Assembly (NCBI GenBank): GCA_947486575.1
Contig: CANKUB010000004.1
Location: 22,304 to 86,303 of the forward strand
Length of the DNA: 64,000 nucleotides
Reading direction: 5' to 3'
DNA from: Betaproteobacteria bacterium
GTDB taxonomy: Bacteria; Pseudomonadota; Gammaproteobacteria; Burkholderiales; SG8-41
In this document: positions 51,456-60,090 of the stretch, piece after piece
How the letters are laid out: each line of letters starts with the position of its first letter
Position numbering within the stretch: the stretch's first letter is position 1
Translations under genes and position numbers: made by a program
Notes under the pieces: generated by a model
Told to the model about the DNA's origin: nothing
Database searches by the model: none
Seen by the model: the letters and a program-made list of their open reading frames with translations, nothing else

Positions 51456-51657
51456 AATTTTTATAAAATACTGATCACACCGATATCCCCGAATTCTGCA
51501 AAAACGCCCGTTGCAAATCCCACCGCGTGGCACCCGCCTATCAACGCACGGAACCGGGAACCCAGGGACAGGTCTTGCAATCTAGCAAAACCGACGATCT
51601 TCGCGTCATAGCCCCCGATGTTACCGACCGCGAAAGTCAGTTGCGCAATGGCAATTT

Positions 51658-52431
51658 TCAGGCCTGCGGCCGCCCCGGAAACACCTGCCCCAGCACATCC
51701 CCCGCTGCCTTGATCATCAGCTTCGCCGCATAACCCACCGACACCAGCGCAAAGCCCTTGGCCACTGCGGCCTTCGCGACATCCACACTGCCCGCATAAG
51801 TGCCCGCGACGATGCCGTGTTCCTTGGCAATGGCAATGGAGTCGTCCATCGCTTTGATCACGCGCGGGTCGCTGGCGATATAGGTGGGTGCGCCGCCGTG
51901 GTCTATGGTGAGGTCGTTGGGGCCAACGTAAATCATGTCCAGGCCCGGCACTGCGGCAATGGCGCGCATGTTTTCGACACCCTTGATGGTTTCGATTAGT
52001 GCGACTTTGACAATCTGTTTTTCATACTGCCGGAAGTAATCCGGCCCGCCGTAGAGCAGGCCGCGCACCGGTCCCCAACTGCGTGTGCCGCGCGGCGCGT
52101 AGCGGCAGGCGGCGACAAAGCGCTCGCAGTCTTCCACCGTTTCAATCTGCGGGCAGATCACACCATAGGCACCTGCGTCGAGCACAAAGCCAATTTCAGC
52201 GGGGTCATTCTGTGTCACGCGCACCAGCGGCGCGCCCTGCCCCAGCGAGATGGCTTGCAGTACATTCACCGCCGTGGCGCGGTCGATCAGGCTGTGTTGC
52301 AAGTCCAGTACGAAGCTGTCGTATGGCAGCTTGACCAGACCTTCCACCGACACCGGCCAGCCGATGTCGATCCACAGGCAAGACGCCACTTCGCCGCGCG
52401 ACCAGCGTTCACGCAAGGGGTTAATGCGCAT
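51658..52431 (-). CDS. HpcH/HpaI-family aldolase
   Basis: The ATG at 52431 is preferred. The layout is class II aldolase/citrate-lyase-beta-like (…VRV…D…IETxxG…IGPNDL…). Confidence 0.75.
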   Translation of the reverse strand: MRINPLRERWSRGEVASCLWIDIGWPVSVEGLVKLPYDSFVLDLQHSLIDRATAVNVLQAISLGQGAPLVRVTQNDPAEIGFVLDAGAYGVICPQIETVEDCERFVAACRYAPRGTRSWGPVRGLLYGGPDYFRQYEKQIVKVALIETIKGVENMRAIAAVPGLDMIYVGPNDLTIDHGGAPTYIASDPRVIKAMDDSIAIAKEHGIVAGTYAGSVDVAKAAVAKGFALVSVGYAAKLMIKAAGDVLGQVFPGRPQA

Positions 52432-53272
52432 GAACGGGCTCGCTGCCGAATTCAAAAATGGAGGTGCGATAAAACTTGCGCAACTGGTTCTTGGGATAAT
52501 CCCCGCGCCCGGTGTGCCACGCACAGCGGTTTTCCCAGATGATGGTGTCACCTACCTGCCATTCCTGCTCCCACTGAAACTCGGGACGTTCGCACCAGGC
52601 AAAAATCTCTTCGAGCAGTGCGTCGCTTTCCTCACGCGTCATACCTTCGATTTGCAGCGTGTGATGCGGATTGACGAACACCGCCTTTTTGCCGGTTTCT
52701 GGATGCGCGCGCACCACCGGGTGGCGCACCTCGCCCATCCGCTTCATTTCCTCGGCGGTGACGATGCCTTGCGTATACGCCTTTCGGCCGCGCAGCCGGT
52801 GTAGCGCAGTGAGGCCATCAATGCGTTTTTTCAATGCATCAGGCATGGTGTCCCACGCCAGGTACATATTGGCAAATGCGGTATTGCCGCCACGATCGGG
52901 CAACGCCACCGCATGCAGAATGGTGGCTTTGGTCGGGTCTTGCTGAAACGTGCCATCCACGTGCCAGCCAAACCCGCGCTCCGCGCCGACTTTGTCGTAA
53001 TTACCGTTGGCATCGAGGTTGGTCATGATCACCACTTCGGGCACCTCCTTGTCGTGATAGGCCTTGGCTGCGTGCGGACGCAGCACGCCAAAGTAGCGGC
53101 TGAAATCGCGCAGTTGCGGCACGGTCAGCGGCGCGCCCCTGAAACGCAATACCAAGTTATCGAGAAACGCGTCGTGCACGGCCTTGGCTTCCGCCGCGCT
53201 CAAGGGTGCACGCGGATCGACACCCCGTATTTCCGCGCCCAATGGCCCACCCAGTTTGATGACTTCAATCAT
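52421..53272 (-). CDS. TauD/TfdA-family Fe(II)/2-oxoglutarate dioxygenase
   Basis: WHVDGTF (HxD facial triad), a distal His and AGGAG RBS. Confidence 0.8.
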   Translation of the reverse strand: MIEVIKLGGPLGAEIRGVDPRAPLSAAEAKAVHDAFLDNLVLRFRGAPLTVPQLRDFSRYFGVLRPHAAKAYHDKEVPEVVIMTNLDANGNYDKVGAERGFGWHVDGTFQQDPTKATILHAVALPDRGGNTAFANMYLAWDTMPDALKKRIDGLTALHRLRGRKAYTQGIVTAEEMKRMGEVRHPVVRAHPETGKKAVFVNPHHTLQIEGMTREESDALLEEIFAWCERPEFQWEQEWQVGDTIIWENRCAWHTGRGDYPKNQLRKFYRTSIFEFGSEPVHAH

Positions 53273-53281
53273 GGTCCACTC

Positions 53282-54292
53282 CTACAGTGAAGAACCGGCC
53301 ATTGCGATAAGCTGCCGGTAACGTGCAATTTCAGCCATTGTAAAGGCCGCAAACTCGCGTGGCGACGCGAGGTCCACATCTATGCCTGTCGCTATCAGAC
53401 TCGCCATCACCTTGGGGTCCGCCATGGTCTTAGCCGCTGCCGCGTAGATCACATCCACCACTTTTTGTGGTGTGCGCGCGGGGCCGTAAAAGCCATGCCA
53501 CGCCAACGCCGAAAAATCCGCCAAGCCTGCCAAGCCCGCCTCGGCCACAGTTGGCACGTTGGGCAAATACGAAGCGCGCTTGATGCCCGTGGTCGCCAGC
53601 ATGCGCGCCTTTTGTGTTTGGATCAGCGGAATCAAAGGTTGATACGGATAAAACATCACCGCAACCGCTCCACTCGCGATATCCACAAAGGCCTGCGGCA
53701 CATTGTTGTAGGGGATGTGTTTCATGTCCACCCCCGCCTTGTGGTTGAACAAAGTGCCTGACAAATGCGCGGTGGTGCCATTTCCGGATGAAGCGTAGTT
53801 CAGCAGCCCCGGTTTCGACTTCGCGTACGTCACCAACTCCGCTACCGACTGCACCGGCAACCCCGCCGACACCACCAACACAAAGCTTGCGCTGTCGATG
53901 CGTCCGATAGGCGTGAAATCCTTCACTGGATCGTACGCGAGATTCTTGTAGAGATGCGGCGCCATGCCGTGCGTGGGTGCATTGCCCATCAGGACGGTGT
54001 AGCCGTCGGGCTGCGCCCGCGCCGCCAGCGTTGCGCCTATGGTGCCACCCGCGCCGCCTCTATTATCGACAACGATTTGCTGCCCCAACACCTCGGACAA
54101 TTTGGGCGCAATCTGCCGCGCAGTGCCGTCGATATTGGAGCCCGCCGCGAACGGCACGATCAGGCGCACGGGGCGCACGGGGTAATCCGCGGCGTGTGCA
54201 ATGGGGTGCGCGGCCAAGTGGACCAAGAGGGCCAAGGCCGCCAAGGCCGCTATGGGTGGTATTCGCGCGACGGTTGTGAACACAAGATTCAC
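53282..54292 (-). CDS. Bug/TctC-family periplasmic substrate-binding protein
   Basis: Signal peptide plus VRPVRLIVPFAAGSNID block. The start codon is uncertain; GTG at 54292 was chosen because it lies downstream of the upstream gene's stop. Confidence 0.8.
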   Translation of the reverse strand: MNLVFTTVARIPPIAALAALALLVHLAAHPIAHAADYPVRPVRLIVPFAAGSNIDGTARQIAPKLSEVLGQQIVVDNRGGAGGTIGATLAARAQPDGYTVLMGNAPTHGMAPHLYKNLAYDPVKDFTPIGRIDSASFVLVVSAGLPVQSVAELVTYAKSKPGLLNYASSGNGTTAHLSGTLFNHKAGVDMKHIPYNNVPQAFVDIASGAVAVMFYPYQPLIPLIQTQKARMLATTGIKRASYLPNVPTVAEAGLAGLADFSALAWHGFYGPARTPQKVVDVIYAAAAKTMADPKVMASLIATGIDVDLASPREFAAFTMAEIARYRQLIAMAGSSL

Positions 54293-54317
54293 GCGCCTGA
54301 GCCCCGCGAAATGGATA

Positions 54318-55172
54318 TCACGGTTTTGTCCCCGCAACCGTCACCCGATGCCCGTACCGCTTCTGCGGATAATAGTCCCACATCGCCTGATGCATGGTGC
54401 AGCGGTTGTCCCAGAACGCGATGGAGTTCGGACGCCACTTGAAGCGGCATTTGAAGTCGTCGCGCTCCGAGTGACGATAGAGCATGTCGAGGATGGCGTC
54501 ACTTTCGAGCCGCGATAGGCCGACGATCTGCTCGGTGAAGTTGCGGTTGACGTAGAGCGCCCTGCGGCCAGTGACGGGGTGAATGCGCACCACCGGATGC
54601 TCCGAGCGCGGCAGCTCGCCCGGCACGGTCTTCTTTTGTCGTCCGCGCCACACGCGGTCGCCGTCGTGGATGGCCGTCAGGCCATCGATCATCTTGCGTA
54701 CGGGTTCGGCCAGGGTCTCGTAGGCCCGGTACATGTTGACGAAGAGAGTATCGCCGCCACCGTTGGCCGGCGTCTGGTGCATATAGAGTATGGAACCCAT
54801 CGGCGGCGTGGGGCTTGCGGTGACATCAGAGTGCCAGACTTCGCCTGCGATGTATTTGGAGTTTTCGTCCGCCTTGATCTCGATGACTTCGGGGTGGCCT
54901 GCCATGCGCGAGGTGGGGTGAATGTCGAGCTCGCCAAAGCGCCGGCCGAAAGCCTTGTGTTGTTCGATGGTGAGCTGCTGATCGCGGAAGAAGATAACCG
55001 CGTGGCGCATCAGCGCAGCGTGGATTTCGTCGAACTGCTGCGCGGTGAGCGTCTGGGCGAGATCGATGTCGAAGATTTCGGCGCCGATGGTCGGGGTGAG
55101 CGGTTCGACGCGGATCGTCTTATAGACGATGCGGTCGTTATCGAAATGACGGTCGGGGCGGTCGTCGGGCAT
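54318..55172 (-). CDS. TauD/TfdA-family Fe(II)/2-oxoglutarate dioxygenase (taurine dioxygenase-like)
   Basis: VWHSDVT (HxD) and DNRCTMH C-terminal motif. ATG at 55172. Confidence 0.8.
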   Translation of the reverse strand: MPDDRPDRHFDNDRIVYKTIRVEPLTPTIGAEIFDIDLAQTLTAQQFDEIHAALMRHAVIFFRDQQLTIEQHKAFGRRFGELDIHPTSRMAGHPEVIEIKADENSKYIAGEVWHSDVTASPTPPMGSILYMHQTPANGGGDTLFVNMYRAYETLAEPVRKMIDGLTAIHDGDRVWRGRQKKTVPGELPRSEHPVVRIHPVTGRRALYVNRNFTEQIVGLSRLESDAILDMLYRHSERDDFKCRFKWRPNSIAFWDNRCTMHQAMWDYYPQKRYGHRVTVAGTKP

Positions 55173-55471
55173 GGCGTGTATCCTCCGGTATCGTGATGCT
55201 CGCCAGTGACTGTCCGACAAGCGCCTTGGTGGATGTCATTGTAGCGAAGTTCTCGCGGGCTAGCCGCGATGCGCTGCTTGTCGTGAAACGGCCAGCAGAA
55301 GGCGCGGCGCGTGCGTGATGCGGTCTGCGCATCCGGTGCAACGGTACAATTGACCGGCAGGTGGGGCGGCGATATATTGGATTTCATGCACACCCGTGGT
55401 TTGAAATCCTTCTCGGTCGCCTGCGCCGCAGGCGCGCGTGGTGCCGTTTGATCCCGGCGGGCCACCCTTTG

Positions 55472-56296
55472 ATGCGGGGCATCACCTCTGCGCTGGCGCC
55501 GGGCTTGCTCATGATGGCGTTCACCGTGTCCGGCGCTGACTTTGCGGCCTACAAGCAGGCGCTCGCGGAGGGCGACACGGCTGCGGTAATGGCCCATCTG
55601 CGGGCCGATGGCGGGCGCGCGCCGGCGGCACCGCACGGGGCATCGTTGCTGCACCTGGCCTGTTCTTACCTTTACGCCAAGAATCAGGCCGCGATCGTCA
55701 GCGCCCTGATCGCCGCCGGTGCCGACCTTGAGGCACGCGACCAATACGGTGCCACGCCCTTGAACTGGGCGGCGGGTTACGGCTGTGCGGAGTGCGTCAC
55801 GCTGTTGCTTAAGGCCGGTGCCAAGGTGATGGCGCGCAACCTGAAGGGGGTTACGCCGTTGCATGTGGCCGGCCCCAAGATTGCGCCGCTGTTGATTGCC
55901 GCTGGTGCTGACATCAACGGGGTGGATTCAAACGGCAACAAGCCGCTGCACCGCCAGTTTCACAGCGCTTTTCTGCCGGTCGGGGTGAATGTGCGCAACA
56001 ACCAGGGGTTCACGCCACTGCACTTTGCCGCACTCGACGGCAACGAAGAAGCGGTGCGCTGGTTGCTGTCGCAGGGCGCCGATCCCTCGGCGGCCAGCAC
56101 CGCGCCCTACGAGTACCGCGATGGGCTGGGTGCTGAGTGGGGCCGTGAGCAAGTGCAACTGATCGAGGCAGGGGTGCGTGCGTACGATGTGGCGCTGTGG
56201 CGACATAACGCCACCAAATTCTCCACCGGGCGTTATCGGCCCACGATGGAACTGCTGGATCAGGCTACACCGCGAAGGGCGTGGCACTCACGATAA
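55472..56296 (+). CDS. Secreted ankyrin-repeat protein
   Basis: Signal peptide MRGITSALAPGLLMMAFTVSGA. At least four ANK repeats (…GATPLNWAA…, …GVTPLHVAG…, …GNKPLHR…, …GFTPLHFAAL…). Confidence 0.8.
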   Translation: MRGITSALAPGLLMMAFTVSGADFAAYKQALAEGDTAAVMAHLRADGGRAPAAPHGASLLHLACSYLYAKNQAAIVSALIAAGADLEARDQYGATPLNWAAGYGCAECVTLLLKAGAKVMARNLKGVTPLHVAGPKIAPLLIAAGADINGVDSNGNKPLHRQFHSAFLPVGVNVRNNQGFTPLHFAALDGNEEAVRWLLSQGADPSAASTAPYEYRDGLGAEWGREQVQLIEAGVRAYDVALWRHNATKFSTGRYRPTMELLDQATPRRAWHSR

Positions 56297-56370
56297 GAAC
56301 ACGTGTTTCCAGGTCCATCACGAGTGGATGGACACTGGGGCCACTGTGGCCAGAGGGCGAAGCAGTTATA

Positions 56371-56982
56371 TCAGATGGCTTTACGCAGCTCGCCACCCAG
56401 TGTGCCGTCAGACATTGAGCGCGCCAGCCATCCTTGGGCAAGTGGCGGCACCACCGCCTTCAGAAGCGCCGCGTCATATAAGGAAATATGTTCAATGTCT
56501 TCCGCACGCGTTAGCGATTCGTTGCTCATGGGCTGAATCGGCAACAAAGGCGTGTTTTCGGGGGCGGTTGTAATAACCTTTATGCCCAGCGATGCTGCAA
56601 TACGAATGACGCCGCAATTTTGGGCCAGATTTTGCATAAACAGCGTTGCAATACCACAATTCCTGGCATGTAATGCCGCGCGCGAAACCAGTGCACTGCC
56701 GATGCCTAACCCGCGCGCTGGCGCCAATACCGACACACCGATCTCGGCATGATTCCATGCTAACGCCAAGTGCACGACACCATCGAATGCGTGCGTCGAA
56801 TCGGTCGATTGCCTGAAACCAAATACCGCGTCGCGCTCAAAATCGATATCGTTCACATAGCGCTCGATGGAAGAATCTCGCGCGACAAAGCCAAAACGCA
56901 TTTGACGTTCCTCACGGCTCAATGAAAGCAGGTGTGTCTGCATGGCGATACGATCGCTTTTTTTCAGTCGTTCGGTAAGCAT
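56371..56982 (-). CDS. GNAT-family N-acetyltransferase-like protein
   Basis: ATG at 56982 with a GGAGA RBS. Acetyl-CoA binding-like segment ARGLGIGSALV. Confidence 0.6.
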   Translation of the reverse strand: MLTERLKKSDRIAMQTHLLSLSREERQMRFGFVARDSSIERYVNDIDFERDAVFGFRQSTDSTHAFDGVVHLALAWNHAEIGVSVLAPARGLGIGSALVSRAALHARNCGIATLFMQNLAQNCGVIRIAASLGIKVITTAPENTPLLPIQPMSNESLTRAEDIEHISLYDAALLKAVVPPLAQGWLARSMSDGTLGGELRKAI

Positions 56983-57678
56983 GTTTGCATCTCCAGTAAG
57001 TTGCAGGCCAGGCTGAGAATTAGTCATCGATAAACCCGGACAAATCGCATTGAATCGGACTCGCGCACGTGCGCTGTTTCCTTGAATGTCATTATATTGC
57101 AACGCAGCAATATGGCAAGGGGAGAATATCCATATTTTTGTGGTAGTAACCATCCCACATTAGCGAAATATCAAAACTGGAAAGTAGCCAATAAAAATTT
57201 AATTGCGCCCAGAGTGGCCTGATAAAGCGGCTCAAGCGCATTTTTATGCCCGAGCCTATGGTGTCCGCCGACTGCGGATCGACAATCCCGGTTACAACCG
57301 GTTTGACCAGAATCTCGCGGTTCGCGGCAATGGTCTCTGGCATAGCGGGATGTCGCCGTTGGAATAGGCACTTTTTCAATGACCTTCGACCCGCATTTAG
57401 TGGGGCTACCCTGATTGTCGGTGCCTTCTTATCGCAGGCAAATTGCGTTACGGCAGGTTCTTGGTGATGCATTCCTATCAAACTGCCAGCAAGCTGAAGA
57501 CGCCAAATAGCGAATGTCGGTTTCAAGTTACATTCTTTAGGTAAAAACGTGAAAAAATATACTATTGCGACGCAGCATTTGCGCTTGAAATCGATCAATG
57601 CATTGCGCACACTGAGCGCTTGGAATGCCATGGCCGGATCGCGCCATTGATGGCATGCGCAAAACGAAGGAGCGAGTA

Positions 57679-57915
57679 ATGCCAAGTGAACATTGCCCGA
57701 ATTGCGGTAGCGGTACTGTAGTAGTGCGAACAGTCAATGACCGGCTAAGGGTCGCCAATCCCCGTGGACAATCATTCGAAATAGCGCTGCGATTGCCTAT
57801 GTGCCGGTGCAAAGCCTGTAAATTCAGTTGGCAAGGACAAGAAGCATTTGCCGCCAAAGAAGTCGCATACCAGCATGCACTTCTACAGGGTGCCTTGCTG
57901 GATCTGCATACGTGA
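57679..57915 (+). CDS. Small zinc-ribbon protein (YgiT/MqsA-N-terminal-type CxxC…CxxC)
   Basis: ATG at 57679 after an AAGGAG RBS. CPNCGSG…CRCKAC four-Cys pattern. No HTH domain follows. Confidence 0.55.
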   Translation: MPSEHCPNCGSGTVVVRTVNDRLRVANPRGQSFEIALRLPMCRCKACKFSWQGQEAFAAKEVAYQHALLQGALLDLHT

Positions 57916-58097
57916 TTTGCAATAGCGATTAGGCGCGAACCGCTTCATGTAGTTATTCGACCACGCATTTCGTGAATACGGAAATCGTGATTCCCGATCA
58001 ATCTCAAGCAAAAACAGGCTTGGATATCGGCACGCGATGGCGCTTCATGCGCATTGGCACGGCACTTCATGGAATCCAGGGTCAGATGAGATAGAGT

Positions 58098-58117
58098 GTA
58101 ACTATCTGTTTTTATTA
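58098..58117 (-). repeat. AT-rich dispersed motif copy
   Basis: The reverse complement TAATAAAAACAGATAGTTAC matches 18/20. It lies between the zinc-ribbon gene and the small 89-aa gene. Confidence 0.8.
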
Positions 58118-58205
58118 ATTATTTTTATATTTCCTTGGCTTGCTTTGTAAGCCATCAACCTAGGTAACAACGTGACTTCTGCTGCGCACCGCGCGCCTAA
58201 AAACG

Positions 58206-58475
58206 TTATGCAAGACCTTTCTTCAACAGCGCGGCGACCATTTCATTCATCCCCAGTTTTTGTGCAGCCGCCGCTTCTGTGAGTGCGGCCACCAGCTCAC
58301 CCGGCAGCTTGCAGGCAAAAGGCGCCAGCCCGGCTGCTTGATCGAGTTTGCGCTGTTCCTTGCGATTGAGTACCACGCTACCCTTGCCGAATCGATCGGT
58401 GCGTGCTTCCTGCTTCATATGGCCGCTGGCTTTGGACATGTTGCCTTTGGCGATGTCAGATATTTTCATGCTCAT
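58206..58475 (-). CDS. Small hypothetical protein, possible ribbon-helix-helix-like C-terminus
   Basis: An 89 aa ORF. The C-terminal KLPGELVAALTEAAAAQKLGMNEMVAALLKKGL resembles a strand-helix-helix DNA-binding fold. This assignment is weak. Confidence 0.4.
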   Translation of the reverse strand: MSMKISDIAKGNMSKASGHMKQEARTDRFGKGSVVLNRKEQRKLDQAAGLAPFACKLPGELVAALTEAAAAQKLGMNEMVAALLKKGLA

Positions 58476-58792
58476 GGTGCACCTGTAAAGTTGTGATGGC
58501 CTGCAAAAGCACGAATGGGTGTTGCCGGGTCGTACCGGGACGCAAATCTGACCCGAACCAGTGTAACCCGGCGCAGAGCGTACAGCACCATGCGCCGCTC
58601 AAATTTGCGAGTGAATAACGGCAAACCGGCTACGTTCTTACCGGGCGGGCCGGTCGAGGGGGGTATTCAGCGCACAGGTGCACCGCACCGGTACTGCCAT
58701 GTTGCACCAAGCTGGCACGGCGATTGCTAGGTAAATGCCCGGGTGTAATGTATTCTTTCGGTGCAGTCTGCACAGACCAACAAGAGGAAACC

Positions 58793-60085
58793 ATGTTCAA
58801 ACCGATGTCTACCGTAGTAACCACTCTGGCAGCCGTGGCTGCGATTTGCGCTGCTTCTTACCTGCAGGCGCAGTCTGTAGCGCTGCCGGGCAAAAAACTG
58901 CCGGGCAAGTTTCATCTACTGCCGGCCACGCTGGAAACCACGCAGTGGGGCTGGTTCAACAACGCGCAGCCGCCGGTGCTGCGCGTGGATTCAGGCGACA
59001 CCATCATGATCGAAACCATGATGCACTCACACAATCAGGTGGTACCGGGCAGGACCATCGAAGAAATCAAAAAGATGCGCACCGATCATCCGGGGCGCGG
59101 CCCGCACACGCTGACCGGCCCGATTTATGTGAATGGCGCGGAGCCGGGCGATGTGCTCAAGGTGCGGCTGAACAAAATCGTGCCTCGCGCCTATGCCACC
59201 AACTTCAACGTGCCGGGCATGTTCGGGCAGTTCCCGAAGGAGTATCAGGACGGGCAGGTGAAGTATCTTTATCTTGATCTGGAACGCAAGGTCACCGAAT
59301 TTCTGCCCGGCGTGTTTGTGCCGCTCAAGCCGTTCCCCGGCACACTGGGCGTGGCGCGCAAAGAGTCCGGCCAGTACAGCTCGGTGCCGCCCGGTGAATA
59401 CGCGGGCAACATGGATATTCGTGATTTCGTCGAGGGCACTACACTGTATGTGCCGGTGCATGTATCCGGCGCACTGTTATGGACCGGTGACTCGCATGCG
59501 GCGCAGGGTAACGGCGAGGTCAATCTGACCGCGCTTGAGACCGCGTATCGCGAACTCAATGTCACCGTTGAAGTGGTCAAGAACCTGAAGTTCGACATGC
59601 CGCGCATTGAAACGCCGACGTCGTGGATAACCATGGGCTTTGATAGCGACCTGAACAAGGCGCTGGAAATCGCGATGGAGCAGACCGCGAAGTTTCTGGC
59701 CGAGCAGCGCAAGCTGCCGGTGGACGAGGCGGCGAAGCTGATGAGCCGCGTATCGGACTGTCGCGTGTCGCAGGTGGTGAACATCAAAAAAGGCATACAC
59801 TGCCTCAATCCGAAGAACCCCGCCTCGCGCGAAGACATGGAACGTCCCGAGCGCGAAACCACGCAATATTACGTCACGCATTTCAAGGACAAGGATATGA
59901 ACCGCGCCATGGACGACGCCTCGCGCGCGATGATCAAGTTGCTGGAAGAGAAAAAGGGCGTTGCGCGGCTGGATGCCTACGGGCTCGCCAGTGTCGCGAT
60001 GGATTGCCGCGTCGGTAACGTGTGGGGCGCTGAGAAAAACGTGCATTGCCTGGTGCCCAAAAGTCTCTGGCGGGCGCCGAAATAA
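58793..60085 (+). CDS. Acetamidase/formamidase-family amidohydrolase with an N-terminal signal peptide
   Basis: ATG at 58793 after an AGAGGAAA RBS. MFKPMSTVVTTLAAVAAICAASYLQAQ signal peptide. Family block GPIYVNGAEPGDVLKVRL. Confidence 0.8.
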   Translation: MFKPMSTVVTTLAAVAAICAASYLQAQSVALPGKKLPGKFHLLPATLETTQWGWFNNAQPPVLRVDSGDTIMIETMMHSHNQVVPGRTIEEIKKMRTDHPGRGPHTLTGPIYVNGAEPGDVLKVRLNKIVPRAYATNFNVPGMFGQFPKEYQDGQVKYLYLDLERKVTEFLPGVFVPLKPFPGTLGVARKESGQYSSVPPGEYAGNMDIRDFVEGTTLYVPVHVSGALLWTGDSHAAQGNGEVNLTALETAYRELNVTVEVVKNLKFDMPRIETPTSWITMGFDSDLNKALEIAMEQTAKFLAEQRKLPVDEAAKLMSRVSDCRVSQVVNIKKGIHCLNPKNPASREDMERPERETTQYYVTHFKDKDMNRAMDDASRAMIKLLEEKKGVARLDAYGLASVAMDCRVGNVWGAEKNVHCLVPKSLWRAPK

Positions 60086-60090
60086 TCATC

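Noticed and set aside
57092-57685. A 197-aa ORF on the minus strand in the lower-GC islet.
   Set aside because: The composition is unusual (rich in C, W and F). It has no RBS, overlaps the operator-like repeats and the zinc-ribbon gene's promoter region, and matches no recognisable family. The region was left unannotated.
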